Origin: a virus
Strand: one strand, 5' to 3'
IMG/VR virus record: IMGVR_UViG_3300033142_000925
Span: 1-64,000 of that record
Length of the DNA stretch: 64,000 nucleotides
Of the stretch, positions 26,198-36,992 are shown piece after piece. How positions within the stretch are numbered: position 1 is the stretch's first letter; every line of letters starts with the position of its first letter. A program made the translations under genes and the position numbers. The notes below the pieces were generated by a model. The model did no database searches, was not told the DNA's origin, and saw only the letters and a program-made list of their open reading frames with translations.

Positions 26198-28780
26198 TTA
26201 CCATCTTGATTTGTCTAATATCAACATTGTGGTTGTTGACAAAGCCAACCCTACCGGCTCATTCACAATACTCTCAAGAGTGTAATCCTCAAATGCTTTG
26301 AACTGAGAATACCAACCCTCCTCTACATTATATCCATAAACAGTTCCAGAGACTAAACTCGACAACCCGGTCAAAATACCTCCGGGTACAACTACTTCAC
26401 AAGTTGCCCCGTCCGCCGCTGCTGTTTGGGCAAAACCAACACATCGTTTAATACCCTCACCAACAACACGAATCAACGAAAGAAATGAAGGATCAGCATC
26501 GTTATCTATAGCAAGTACCTGTCTATCCGAATAAGCTATTTCTCCGGCAGTACCCATGGGAAAAGGTGTTCCAAAAGTGACAACGTAAGTACTTGTATCA
26601 TATTCTATAAGCATCCCCTCAGTACTCGAACAGATCAGATACTTTGATTTAGTCAGCCTATGAAGCCTGCTTGCTTGACTGAACGCTGACGGAGTATATA
26701 TTGTACCCCCAGAAAGGGTCCCTCCTGATTCAGTTACAGTAACAAGCCTGAACCCAGCCGCACCAGTATCTCGCATAACCAATAAAACATGCGTATCATC
26801 GATCATGGATGTGCCTGTGATCCATAACGCAGGAGACGCCCACGCCGCCGCATCTATCGTTGCGATAGAACCCAAAGAAGGATTGACACCTGACGTATCT
26901 ATTACAACCCCACGAATACCTGTTCCTGACTTGAACCAGAAACCATACGCCTTATCTTCAGAAACTATACAGTGTATTGGATATCCCATAGATGAATCCC
27001 CAACCGTATCAGGAGTGTTTTTTGTGATAGTCATATCACTGATATCATAATGATTGGCCTTAAATGTTGCACCACTGACCCAAGTAACTAACACCTTATC
27101 CGCAGATAACAACGATGCTTTATTAAATGCTCCACCACTGGCTTCTTCAGTAACTGGTGTTCCTTCTGTAAGAGAATCAGTACCATTTCTCTTAACAACT
27201 TTCCCTATGATTGTACCTGCACCTACAGTAGAAAGGTATGCCCGTTCATCGTCTAAAGCTACAATACCTGTACGATTTCCAGCAATGTCTCCGGTATTAT
27301 ACATAGGCCAGATACCAACTTCACCTTTAGCATCTAAATCAAGGATACCTACAAATTGGATTCCAGTTCCAATAGCAGTAAACCAGATCGTATTGTTCGT
27401 TCCTTGAAAGAAGAAAGGGGTTGTAAACGTATCTGTACCACTATAGATATCCTGTGACAGTCTACGTCTTGTTATTTTTGTGAACTCATCCATAGTACTA
27501 CCGTCCCATGTTTTCACAGTACCATTGATAAGTCTCTCTATCATATCTCCAATTTCGACACTTTCACCGGCAGCTACTTCATATTCGCCAACAGGTGCAA
27601 GTATTGAAAACCCCAGATGATATTCTTCAATAGCCCCGGCCTGAATCCCTGTACCATCCTCCACATCATCCAACCGCGTCCGTATATCCCACCCCACTGG
27701 CAGAGTGTTATCAATACCGAAATCCGACCACTGTTCCAAAGTTTCCCATGTGAAAATGGGATCGTCCCCAAAGAAGATCCCCAAATCAGAGGCCCCTTCC
27801 ACTATCTCCACTTCGGCAATCTTTATCCAGCCTGCGGTACGTGCCGGAGGTGCTGAGTATGCGCCTGCTTGAGTATCACTCACAAGGGATGTCAAACCTG
27901 TTGCTGTCCCTCCAAACGACAAGATACCGGTCTTTGCAGCAAAGAAGGTGATCGTATCTGTACTTCTGGAAGTTGTAAACGGTTTATCAAAAGCGAACCC
28001 TGTAAAGGCAGCGTCTACCGCCGTTGCTATCACCGTACCTGAATCCAAACTGGTAACAGCAATCTCAGCATACAGGAGATTATCACTCTCCACCAAGTCG
28101 AGAACACTCTGAGGAACCGGATTGCTACCATCGGTATTGAACCAGAGAAGAACCGATTGTCTGAATATGGTCCCTGCTGCATTCCGGGACATAATAAACA
28201 GCATGTACCTACCGTCATACATATTCGACGCCCCGGTCTCTGCCGGGAACTGAAGGTCTGATTCCTGTGTGAGTATCGCCGCCCCTTTCTTTATTGTGAA
28301 CTCGAAGCCATATTCCAGCCCGGTATTCACAACCGCAGTACTGACCAGCCCTGTTACAGGGTCCTTAAAGTTTCTGGACAACGCGTTGTACCCTGCTTCT
28401 GTCGGTCTGATCTCAAGTGAATCCCTACGATCTCCGGTCTGCGCAGTCGCATCATCAAACGCTATAAGCGTGTCTACCGGTACCGGAACTATAAATGGAG
28501 ATTTAGCTTCCGATACAAATCCAAATGTGCCGTTCACCATATACGGACCTTGGTAATCTATGACAACCCCCGTCTTCAGACTCGCGGTAAAATCGGTTGT
28601 GTGAACAAGCTGTAATCCACGAAATACTTCAGCGTGGGTCTCCTGATCCGAGAGTGATGCAAGAAGATCAATCAAGTTCTGATACTGCTGCGTCCCTACC
28701 CGATTGATATCAGCATCTCTGAATATTTCGTTAGGGAACCATTGCTGGGTCTTAACCCCTCGTCCATCTCCGTATTTCAT
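26198..28780 (-). CDS. Tail fibre / receptor-binding protein 2
   Basis: N-terminal baseplate-attachment region homologous to 28804..32997 (QWFPNE, KDPVTGLV, TAGWIK.AEV); beta-rich repeats. Confidence 0.75.
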   Translation of the reverse strand: MKYGDGRGVKTQQWFPNEIFRDADINRVGTQQYQNLIDLLASLSDQETHAEVFRGLQLVHTTDFTASLKTGVVIDYQGPYMVNGTFGFVSEAKSPFIVPVPVDTLIAFDDATAQTGDRRDSLEIRPTEAGYNALSRNFKDPVTGLVSTAVVNTGLEYGFEFTIKKGAAILTQESDLQFPAETGASNMYDGRYMLFIMSRNAAGTIFRQSVLLWFNTDGSNPVPQSVLDLVESDNLLYAEIAVTSLDSGTVIATAVDAAFTGFAFDKPFTTSRSTDTITFFAAKTGILSFGGTATGLTSLVSDTQAGAYSAPPARTAGWIKIAEVEIVEGASDLGIFFGDDPIFTWETLEQWSDFGIDNTLPVGWDIRTRLDDVEDGTGIQAGAIEEYHLGFSILAPVGEYEVAAGESVEIGDMIERLINGTVKTWDGSTMDEFTKITRRRLSQDIYSGTDTFTTPFFFQGTNNTIWFTAIGTGIQFVGILDLDAKGEVGIWPMYNTGDIAGNRTGIVALDDERAYLSTVGAGTIIGKVVKRNGTDSLTEGTPVTEEASGGAFNKASLLSADKVLVTWVSGATFKANHYDISDMTITKNTPDTVGDSSMGYPIHCIVSEDKAYGFWFKSGTGIRGVVIDTSGVNPSLGSIATIDAAAWASPALWITGTSMIDDTHVLLVMRDTGAAGFRLVTVTESGGTLSGGTIYTPSAFSQASRLHRLTKSKYLICSSTEGMLIEYDTSTYVVTFGTPFPMGTAGEIAYSDRQVLAIDNDADPSFLSLIRVVGEGIKRCVGFAQTAAADGATCEVVVPGGILTGLSSLVSGTVYGYNVEEGWYSQFKAFEDYTLESIVNEPVGLALSTTTMLILDKSRW

Positions 28781-28803
28781 CTATCTCTCCTCAATACCTA
28801 TAA

Positions 28804-31800
28804 CTATTTCACAACTAAAGCTGTAGTTGTTACTGCTTTCCCTACAGCTATACCCTTAAAGCTTTCAACTAAAGAAGCATCTGTAAAATCAGCTCTATAC
28901 TCGTGCCCTATATTCAAACCAACCAATCCTTCAAGGATACCACCATGAACCACATCAACTGTATCCCCAGATCCGGCAGTCTCTTTAGCAAGACCTAAAT
29001 ATTTTGGTACTTCAAAAGTGCGGTAATGTACATCTGCTGATCCATCATTATATCTGTAGAAACCCAAACATATACCGGGAGCAACCATAGCAAACTTTCC
29101 TTCTCCGACTATGGATGCTGCAAGTGCGCTTACGTCTATTTCATCAGTTAAAAATACAACTCCTGATGGGCTAATTTTAGCTAACATAGCTCTCATCTGT
29201 AATACTGAACCAGACGATGATGTTTTACTTTGATATGTAAATACTACATATCCACCGCCCAGTACTATAAGTGACGCATCTGTTGAAGATGTACTGTAAT
29301 AAATCCCAGAAAATGAAACATCACTGAATAGTACTTGTAATGTTTTAGGACTTGCAGTAGTTCCATCTAAAGCTTCATGTTTTAAAAGTGCAATTCGACA
29401 TTGATAATCTTCTCTTGCAAATATAACTAAATACCCATCTCCCATATGTCGTAGTCTGACCTCATTAACTCCTGTCCAACCCGGTAGCACAAGAGTGTTT
29501 CGTGTCCATGGAGTAAACGAAGTCCCTGTAAAATAAACCATACCATAACCAACGGTTGAAGCAGTAGTATACGCAAAGGCAAACCATTTATCATTTATTT
29601 CAATACAATCAATCTTTGTTGCTGTACCAGTAATAAGCGTTTGTTTTGAAGCTATTATAGATATAGATGAACCATTAAAATTAAACCCGACACATTTTAC
29701 ATCCGAATCAGTACCATCTTTGTAAACAACAACAAAATCATCATTTGTCATATTACAAACAGCGATACTATTTGTTCCATTTACTTCAAAATTAAGTAGC
29801 GCACCTTCAATTGTTATAGTGCCGCCACCTGAATTATATTTGACAACAATAACTTCACCATCATTCGATCCACCTGTATCATTATATGCAATTACAACAT
29901 ACTCATTACCTAAATAACAGGTATTATGATAATAAGCTGATTCTGTTTGTAATATTGTCTCAGAAGTTTTCCATACTATATCACCATCAACCAGTTCTCC
30001 TACTCTGGCATAAAAATCAGTAACCCCTATATTACACCATGAAACCATAAAAAAGTTGGTTTCCATTGGTGTTACTACAAATTGCACCAGAGTCCCCGTA
30101 TCATAGAGTTGTTCGGCTATCAGCATGTTTAGTTTACACTTTTTATATTCATCATTCTTTTCAAAATAACCTATGGGATCTCCTTTTGTTACAGCTTCAC
30201 TAATTGTAACAGGGACAGACATTATTGACGGATCAAACCCTAAATGCCTTTCTAAAATAGCCTTATCCTGAATCCCCTGACCTGTTCGCATATCATCAGT
30301 GGCCTTTTGAATCGCCAAACTTATTGGAGTACCTGAAGCAATCGCTCTTGGAATAAACGCATCAGGTAAGGCTTCAAAAATCTTACTCTGCTTATTGAAA
30401 TATATATCAGCTTCAAGATTAGTCGTAATGCTTTCGGTCAATAAACCACTATAAATATCAAAGAAGTTTAAGTCACCATTCATACCCAAATAATAAGGTA
30501 AATGGTATGCGTAGAAATCAAGATCCCCAGCAATAAAACGATTATTACCGTAAGCCACATACATATCATCGGCTCCGATAACCCCAGCATCGAACCAATC
30601 AATTCCATTGTAAGAATAAGAAACATGGAAAGCATCATCACCCGCCATGAACACACCATTTCCAAACGCAATTGATCTAACGGCTCCGGGTATTACAATT
30701 CCCCGAGATGTCCATGTTCCGGTTGGGTCTGTTGCTGTATATATTTCACCAGTAGACAGTCCAGCTACATAGATACCATTTCCATAACTTAGGGATATAG
30801 CAGCCGCACCAGCAAACTTATCACCTTGATCAGTCCACGCTCCTGTCGGATCAGCAGTAGTATATATATGGCCAGTACTCTCACCGACGATGTACAGACT
30901 TTCCGCATACAAAGAAGAGCTTCCAGTTAGAACATAACCCGCCCACGTTGCGTTTGCAGTCCAAGTCACCCCGGTCGGTGAGGTATACATGACATTGGAA
31001 GTTCCAGTCATAACAAAGTAACTGGGACTCGCCATTAAAGTATGCCAATAATTATGCACACTTCCTTGGTCAACCCAAGTAAACCCGTCAGTAGAAGTAA
31101 ACGCATTACTATCACCACAAACTACAAGAATTGTTCCATTATAAGCAAAATAACGACCTCGAAGTGTACCTCCTCCCAGAGTATGCTCATCAGTCCAATT
31201 CACACCATCAATTGAAGCCCATATCGAAGTCGACGTTATCATTACAAAAGCACCCGCACCATATCCCGTTCTTTTTATAGGTGTTGCAGTTATAATTCCA
31301 TTAGCAATCCAAGCCTCTGGATCTGAACCACCAAATCGTAGGAGATCCGTGAAATTACTATGCGTATCTGGCGTACCTGACCACGCTGTGTCCTCATTAA
31401 CTGATCCACTTTCTGACGGTATTACAATAAATGTAGAATCGTTTATTCCCCCAGATCCTAAATCTAATGAGGCTATAAACCTCAATGTCTGATTCAATAC
31501 CGTGTACGTAGATCCATTATCAAACTGCTGACTGATTAACTCACGTATAGCTGTTCCATCATACCAACTGAGAATAAACTTATCGGTTGCAAAATCGTAT
31601 TTCAATATTAAATGTGTAGATCCCACATCCCAACCAGCAATAAACTGATCTACAATGGTATCATACTGAAATCTGGGATAATACTCAGTATCAATAGTAA
31701 ACTCATCTAAAAAAAGATGATCGGCACTCACCGCTTCCGGTCCGTGTATACCATTCACAAACGGATAATAAGCCCAACCGGGAGTGATCTGTATATCCTG

Positions 31801-32997
31801 CCAGTAAGTGTATACCGCATCTGTTCCAACCCAATTTGCAAAAACATACGCATGAATGGTATTGCCAATATAAGCTCCAATATCAACTCTGATCTCTAAA
31901 TCAAGAGTATCATCATCCAACCATGTATATTTAAACTCAGTTGTAAAATAATCCGTCACCGTATGTGCAACCCAATCAACAATAACACCAAACTTATGTG
32001 ACTGGTCACTATTGAATATCTGCAATTGTGTATTCGGTGAAGTTCCTCTTTTAGCTCTACCTCTTACTGTATAAAACTGAACATCTGATACAATATCTTC
32101 TGATATTACGCCTCTATATGAAAATCCACTTATCGCTACCTTATTCCAGACCTCACCATTGAGAGTTTCTTGAGTTACAACCACACCGTCGGTGACTGCA
32201 TCCCAGTTAGCAGTGGTCAAGTCTGTAGGATCGGTGACAATATTCGTATATCTACCACCAATAAAATGAGGTATAATCACACTACCCAATCCCGGTCGTT
32301 TTACGTTATCAACATCCACTCCCAGACTCGGATCAAAAAATACGAGGCTTCCTGAATCCACATCCCACGAATCAGAATCCCGAACATCCTTAATATTAGC
32401 CTGAGTGATCGCAGTCGCGCTCTGAGCCACATACACTTCAGCTACCTTGATCCATCCAGCCGTCGACGCGGGAGCTACAGGTGTCGCTGATGGAGTTCCT
32501 GCGAGTACTTGAAAATCAAATCCGTACTCCACCTTTGTGTCGGTCGGAGCCGTTGTAACAAGACCCGTTACCGGGTCCTTGTACGCTCTGGATAAACTGT
32601 CATATTCGGTTCGGTTAGGTCGTACTTCTACAATATCAATACGATCATTGGAGCCATCACCCGTCGTCACTGCGATATTGGTATCCACTGGAACATTGAC
32701 AACAAACACATCGCCCGGAGATCCAACAAAAGCCCATACCCCATCCTGCATATAATACCCAGACACGGACAGGCATATCCCCATTCCCAATGACATAGTT
32801 AAGAGGGTGCTATGCGTCAGCCGCAAGCCATTCACCGCGATATTGGGCGATGCATCTTTTAGACTCAAAGTGTTCATCAAGGACACTATCAGATTCGTAT
32901 ATTCCTTCTCGTTCAGGAAGTTTACATCACCGTCTACTAACTGTTCATTGGGAAACCACTGAGGTGCCCTGATTCCTTTACCTTCTGGAAATTGCAT
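28804..32997 (-). CDS. Tail fibre / receptor-binding protein 1 with BNR-like beta-propeller repeats
   Basis: Follows baseplate genes; S.DG..W and T.DPTG.WT repeats; 1397 aa. Confidence 0.8.
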   Translation of the reverse strand: MQFPEGKGIRAPQWFPNEQLVDGDVNFLNEKEYTNLIVSLMNTLSLKDASPNIAVNGLRLTHSTLLTMSLGMGICLSVSGYYMQDGVWAFVGSPGDVFVVNVPVDTNIAVTTGDGSNDRIDIVEVRPNRTEYDSLSRAYKDPVTGLVTTAPTDTKVEYGFDFQVLAGTPSATPVAPASTAGWIKVAEVYVAQSATAITQANIKDVRDSDSWDVDSGSLVFFDPSLGVDVDNVKRPGLGSVIIPHFIGGRYTNIVTDPTDLTTANWDAVTDGVVVTQETLNGEVWNKVAISGFSYRGVISEDIVSDVQFYTVRGRAKRGTSPNTQLQIFNSDQSHKFGVIVDWVAHTVTDYFTTEFKYTWLDDDTLDLEIRVDIGAYIGNTIHAYVFANWVGTDAVYTYWQDIQITPGWAYYPFVNGIHGPEAVSADHLFLDEFTIDTEYYPRFQYDTIVDQFIAGWDVGSTHLILKYDFATDKFILSWYDGTAIRELISQQFDNGSTYTVLNQTLRFIASLDLGSGGINDSTFIVIPSESGSVNEDTAWSGTPDTHSNFTDLLRFGGSDPEAWIANGIITATPIKRTGYGAGAFVMITSTSIWASIDGVNWTDEHTLGGGTLRGRYFAYNGTILVVCGDSNAFTSTDGFTWVDQGSVHNYWHTLMASPSYFVMTGTSNVMYTSPTGVTWTANATWAGYVLTGSSSLYAESLYIVGESTGHIYTTADPTGAWTDQGDKFAGAAAISLSYGNGIYVAGLSTGEIYTATDPTGTWTSRGIVIPGAVRSIAFGNGVFMAGDDAFHVSYSYNGIDWFDAGVIGADDMYVAYGNNRFIAGDLDFYAYHLPYYLGMNGDLNFFDIYSGLLTESITTNLEADIYFNKQSKIFEALPDAFIPRAIASGTPISLAIQKATDDMRTGQGIQDKAILERHLGFDPSIMSVPVTISEAVTKGDPIGYFEKNDEYKKCKLNMLIAEQLYDTGTLVQFVVTPMETNFFMVSWCNIGVTDFYARVGELVDGDIVWKTSETILQTESAYYHNTCYLGNEYVVIAYNDTGGSNDGEVIVVKYNSGGGTITIEGALLNFEVNGTNSIAVCNMTNDDFVVVYKDGTDSDVKCVGFNFNGSSISIIASKQTLITGTATKIDCIEINDKWFAFAYTTASTVGYGMVYFTGTSFTPWTRNTLVLPGWTGVNEVRLRHMGDGYLVIFAREDYQCRIALLKHEALDGTTASPKTLQVLFSDVSFSGIYYSTSSTDASLIVLGGGYVVFTYQSKTSSSGSVLQMRAMLAKISPSGVVFLTDEIDVSALAASIVGEGKFAMVAPGICLGFYRYNDGSADVHYRTFEVPKYLGLAKETAGSGDTVDVVHGGILEGLVGLNIGHEYRADFTDASLVESFKGIAVGKAVTTTALVVK

Positions 32998-33008
32998 ATT
33001 ATCCTCTC

Positions 33009-33755
33009 CTATACCACAGTCGCGTCTGAAGTCTTCGTCATCTGTACTGTCCCCCGAACGACTGCATCAATGGTTTTATAGAACTGAACGGTCCCGATAA
33101 ACGCATCAATAGTCTTTGTAAACCTAAACTGTTTGATAAATACAAGGTCGAAATCAACTCCCGCTGCTCGTATTCTATCTATAAGTTCACCGACATAAGA
33201 AATAACAGCACCAACACCGTCACCCCCCACAAAGTTCTGATTAACGTATGCTTGATTTGTATTGTTCAGAAATATCGATTCGGTGAAATCCTGCGCACCC
33301 TCGATCCTAACCTGAAAATACAGATTCTTAGAGTCAAACTGCTCAACAACCTGAATGGTAGTCGTATCCACAATGAAGTACGTAAGCGCATCGATAATCG
33401 CCCACCGAGTAGTCCTGCGTGGGTTACTCTGCTGGATCGCAATCGCACGGTACCTCTTCCTGAACGTTTCATCCGGCTCCGCTCTGTTACGTCGAGGGAG
33501 ATTCAAAAAAGCGCTCACAAGGATATCCAGATTCTCATCTTCAGCTATATCTAAATCAAACGACTGAACAAAATAATTTGATACCGTCCGCAAGTACTCC
33601 AACTCGTTACATAATGCCCCACAATTGAAGTCTGAAGACTCCTCAATGACCGGTTCCGGTGTGAAATCTTCAGATCCTATGATGGCAACATACGTTTCCC
33701 CGGTCTTATTCACCGCGTCGGATACTGCTTTGTTGAAAGTACTTATAATTCCCAT
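33009..33755 (-). CDS. Baseplate wedge protein (gpI-like)
   Basis: AEDENLD...RNRAEPDETFRKR...RAAGV motif downstream of baseplate J. Confidence 0.7.
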   Translation of the reverse strand: MGIISTFNKAVSDAVNKTGETYVAIIGSEDFTPEPVIEESSDFNCGALCNELEYLRTVSNYFVQSFDLDIAEDENLDILVSAFLNLPRRNRAEPDETFRKRYRAIAIQQSNPRRTTRWAIIDALTYFIVDTTTIQVVEQFDSKNLYFQVRIEGAQDFTESIFLNNTNQAYVNQNFVGGDGVGAVISYVGELIDRIRAAGVDFDLVFIKQFRFTKTIDAFIGTVQFYKTIDAVVRGTVQMTKTSDATVV

Positions 33756-33757
33756 AA

Positions 33758-34837
33758 TTACACCAATGATACGGAGATCGTACCGGCACGCCCTACCTGA
33801 GTGGCCGCAATAGTCACATTGGCCGCAGGCACCGTAAGGTCCACATCCACAACACCGTACACACCCATGATCGCACCTACGATCTCGTTATAAATGATAT
33901 CAACACCTACTCCCAGCGTATTCACGTATCCGCTCACAGCGTCAACGATATCGTTCTCAAGCTGGTCAGTATCGACCCCTGATAATACTTCGACACTCAT
34001 AGTAATATCCTGAGTTACAATGCTCGGAGCCTGTACTACCACATTCACACCGGCTGACCTGTATCCGGGATTATCCTCAGTGCCATCCCCGTCAATGACT
34101 CCCTGAACTTCCAGCACCTTAGCCGCTGAAACTTCCACCGCCGACCCATCATCCACATATAGATCCACATTGACATTTCCTACAGGGGGAAACAACTCAA
34201 CAACAGATACACTGGTTATTCCCTCAACACTCAGAGCGCCCGCTGTCAATCCAGCAATATTGGACCGTCCGAGTCCTTCAATATAAGCTTGAAACCGGGT
34301 TTTATAGGCAATATCAGATTCCTGATCCACACCACCAGTCGCGGCCAGTGAGTTAGTCACCGTATCGACGCCTGCAATACTGTCTTCAAGAACCGTAAGA
34401 GTTCCACTACCGATATTATATGAACTACCCGCACTCTCGGCTTCACAGGATACAGCGTTCGAATTGACCTGTCCCGCAGCAATCGTGCCTATTTCAGTCG
34501 TCAGGAAGCGCAGCCCGGAAGCCGTCTTAACCCGCGTCCCTATTGGAATTGTAATCTCCCCGTTTGCTATTGCTCGGGAGAACACCACATCAACCGCCGC
34601 TTTCGTACCGTTCTTCCTCTCGAAGTCAAAAGCGGTCTCCTGTACGTTGTCAAGATATCGCCGGAATCCAAGATAGATTCCTACATATATCTCCTCCATA
34701 CTGAGTGCGGACCCTTCAACAAATGACCTGATCACCGATCCCGGCGACAGGTCAGTGATTGAGCTTGAGTTCGCAATGATATACGCAACCATATCAGAAA
34801 CAATATCATCAAACTGTTTTGTCGTAAATCCTGCCAT
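33758..34837 (-). CDS. Baseplate J-like protein
   Basis: DLSPGSVIRS, IPIGTRV, GGVDQESD..YKTR, RSAGV. Confidence 0.9.
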   Translation of the reverse strand: MAGFTTKQFDDIVSDMVAYIIANSSSITDLSPGSVIRSFVEGSALSMEEIYVGIYLGFRRYLDNVQETAFDFERKNGTKAAVDVVFSRAIANGEITIPIGTRVKTASGLRFLTTEIGTIAAGQVNSNAVSCEAESAGSSYNIGSGTLTVLEDSIAGVDTVTNSLAATGGVDQESDIAYKTRFQAYIEGLGRSNIAGLTAGALSVEGITSVSVVELFPPVGNVNVDLYVDDGSAVEVSAAKVLEVQGVIDGDGTEDNPGYRSAGVNVVVQAPSIVTQDITMSVEVLSGVDTDQLENDIVDAVSGYVNTLGVGVDIIYNEIVGAIMGVYGVVDVDLTVPAANVTIAATQVGRAGTISVSLV

Positions 34838-34850
34838 TCTCCTCTCCCTT

Positions 34851-34876
34851 CAAATGGTGCACGCGTGCACCATTTG
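34851..34876. repeat. Perfect 26-bp palindrome CAAATGGTGCACGCGTGCACCATTTG
   Basis: Self reverse-complementary; intergenic between the gp25-like gene and baseplate J. Confidence 0.9.
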
Positions 34877-34878
34877 GA

Positions 34879-36615
34879 TTATGTAACCACCGTCACGGGG
34901 AGGCTTTCTTCAGCCCCTATAACGTTGATATTCATACTGATATTCAATACATCCGAATCAAGGCTTACTATCATATTCTCCACAGACTCGATTCTCGGGT
35001 CCTGTGTGAGTGAGTTCCTGATTGCCGTTTTCAGATACTTGATTGCGAGTTCCGTGCCCGCTATTCCCGCCTGCGCAGTGATACCGAAAGCACTCTGCTT
35101 GATCATACTTCCAGCCATGGTATTGAGTCGGAGGTCTATCGCCTGTTGAATATTCTCAATTCCGCTGATCAAGGCTACATCACTATTTTCTTGAATCACA
35201 ATATCCCCATTAGCATCAATCCTGATATCGGTACCATACGGATCTCGTGTGAAATCCTCAGTAAGAATAAATTGTTCCTTGTTGACACCATCCCCCGGAT
35301 CAACCTGTACGGGTAAGAAAATCTCTTCGCCCGGAGTAAGGTCTTCATTGGAAGTGATCCCAGCATTGACTGAGGCGATATACGGCCACAGATTCTCATC
35401 ACCCAGTTCATTCAATGCGATCCGTTGAAGAGTGTCATCTCCCTTCACCGTATATACTTTCAATCCTGAATATTCATACGATGCCAGTGAGACCGATCTT
35501 TCAACAGTATCTCCTGATACGTCCACGCCTGCATCTTCTTCAATTTCCACGGTGTTGGACTGCTGCCAGCCTACACTGATTTGAAATCCGTAAGTCTTCA
35601 GAGCTTGAATGATGGTCTCCCGAAATAACTCCTGAGCGTTCGCATACCGTTCGAATGTGATCTTCCCAGCCCGGTACGTATCAAACAACGTACCCGTAGC
35701 TATCATCCCGATATCGATCATATTCTTAGAAATGTCCAGCGGAGCGGTCAACACACGAGTGGTCTGATTCAGAAACCGGTTGTACCTCGTTCGGAGTTCC
35801 AAAGATTTGGCTTTCAAGAGAGCAACTGAATTGAGAATACCCTGAACATCTTGATACACGTTCAACAGCGTGTCCAGAAAACCGTCAGCGTCATCGAGGG
35901 CGCTGATCGGGTCCTTGGAGATATTAACCACGCGACCTTTCTTCACTCTCAGCTTGTCAAGTTTTTCATATACAAACAGACTGATCGTGAAAGGATACCT
36001 GAGTGGATTGTCCGCATTCCGGTCCAGTGTGAAATCGAGAAGCACACATTTGTAAGCTTGCTCATCCGCCAGATCGTAAACCCGAAGCTCTTTCTTATCC
36101 CAATCCTTTTTGTCTTTGTAGCGCATGATCTTATCACGGAACTCATAAAAAGCATTCCTGCCTGTGAACCCTACCCGATTACTCGAAGCCTTATCCGCAC
36201 CTGATACCGCAGCCGCCACATCGGTGAATGCGCTCACTACAGCATTGGAATAAGTTGGGAATACGTGCGTGGTCCCGGATATTGCTTTGAGGGTTATCTG
36301 AATATTGTCTGCCCCGTATTCATCCACAAAGGCATTCCCAAAGGTCTTCGTGATCGCGGTCCGCTGAGGTTCCTTAATGGTCAGACTGTTCGGAGGCATA
36401 AGAAGAGTAAACGACTCAACAACATTCCCACTATTTTTATCTACTATTTCAAACAACCAACTCTTGCTCAAAACAGAATCTAAACTACCTCGCGCAGCAT
36501 GGGTACCATATTTTGAGGTGTTGCCCAACCAAGACTGTCCAATCTTGAAGTTAGCTGCACCGGCTCCCGGCTGAGGTCCTGCATTTCCAAAAAGATTCGC
36601 TATTATATCACTCAT
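34879..36615 (-). CDS. Baseplate protein: tube-initiator-like domain + LysM + gp25/gpW-like C-terminus
   Basis: YTVKGDDTLQRIALNELGD..W..IA..N LysM; YGTDI...GIENIQQAI...QDPRIESV gp25-like; start ATG 36615. Confidence 0.75.
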   Translation of the reverse strand: MSDIIANLFGNAGPQPGAGAANFKIGQSWLGNTSKYGTHAARGSLDSVLSKSWLFEIVDKNSGNVVESFTLLMPPNSLTIKEPQRTAITKTFGNAFVDEYGADNIQITLKAISGTTHVFPTYSNAVVSAFTDVAAAVSGADKASSNRVGFTGRNAFYEFRDKIMRYKDKKDWDKKELRVYDLADEQAYKCVLLDFTLDRNADNPLRYPFTISLFVYEKLDKLRVKKGRVVNISKDPISALDDADGFLDTLLNVYQDVQGILNSVALLKAKSLELRTRYNRFLNQTTRVLTAPLDISKNMIDIGMIATGTLFDTYRAGKITFERYANAQELFRETIIQALKTYGFQISVGWQQSNTVEIEEDAGVDVSGDTVERSVSLASYEYSGLKVYTVKGDDTLQRIALNELGDENLWPYIASVNAGITSNEDLTPGEEIFLPVQVDPGDGVNKEQFILTEDFTRDPYGTDIRIDANGDIVIQENSDVALISGIENIQQAIDLRLNTMAGSMIKQSAFGITAQAGIAGTELAIKYLKTAIRNSLTQDPRIESVENMIVSLDSDVLNISMNINVIGAEESLPVTVVT

Positions 36616-36992
36616 TCTGCTCTCACCTTTGTCTGTCCTGCGTCCGTGATCTTGACCGTTGTGGATATGACACAAGCACCTCCACCGTCCAGAACACCCG
36701 GTACGTTTAATGTTCCCGTCTCGTCGTCAACCCGAAGGGGTTCAACTCCATCCACCCTGTTTTTCACAGCGGACGCCGGAACATTCGTCGGGAAGGGCGC
36801 AACTGAAGTACACAGCCCCGGCGTATCTCGCAATCCCGTAGGGATCGTAACAGACAGATTATCTTTATACACTCCGTTAGCTTCAGCTTTCACCTTCGTT
36901 GACGGGGTGCCCAGTACAGTTACAGACCCGGAAATACCGGCTCCCGTAATCCCTATTGTCATTCCCTGAACAGCAACTTCCTTCAGTGCCAT
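36612..36992 (-). CDS. PAAR-like spike tip protein
   Basis: STKVKAE...PLRVDD...ITDAGQTKVRAE; follows the spike gene. Confidence 0.6.
   Translation of the reverse strand: MALKEVAVQGMTIGITGAGISGSVTVLGTPSTKVKAEANGVYKDNLSVTIPTGLRDTPGLCTSVAPFPTNVPASAVKNRVDGVEPLRVDDETGTLNVPGVLDGGGACVISTTVKITDAGQTKVRAE

Noticed and set aside
26198-32997. Diversity-generating retroelement or invertible tail-fibre cassette
   Set aside because: No reverse transcriptase, no adenine-specific TR/VR pair, no invertase or flanking inverted repeats seen
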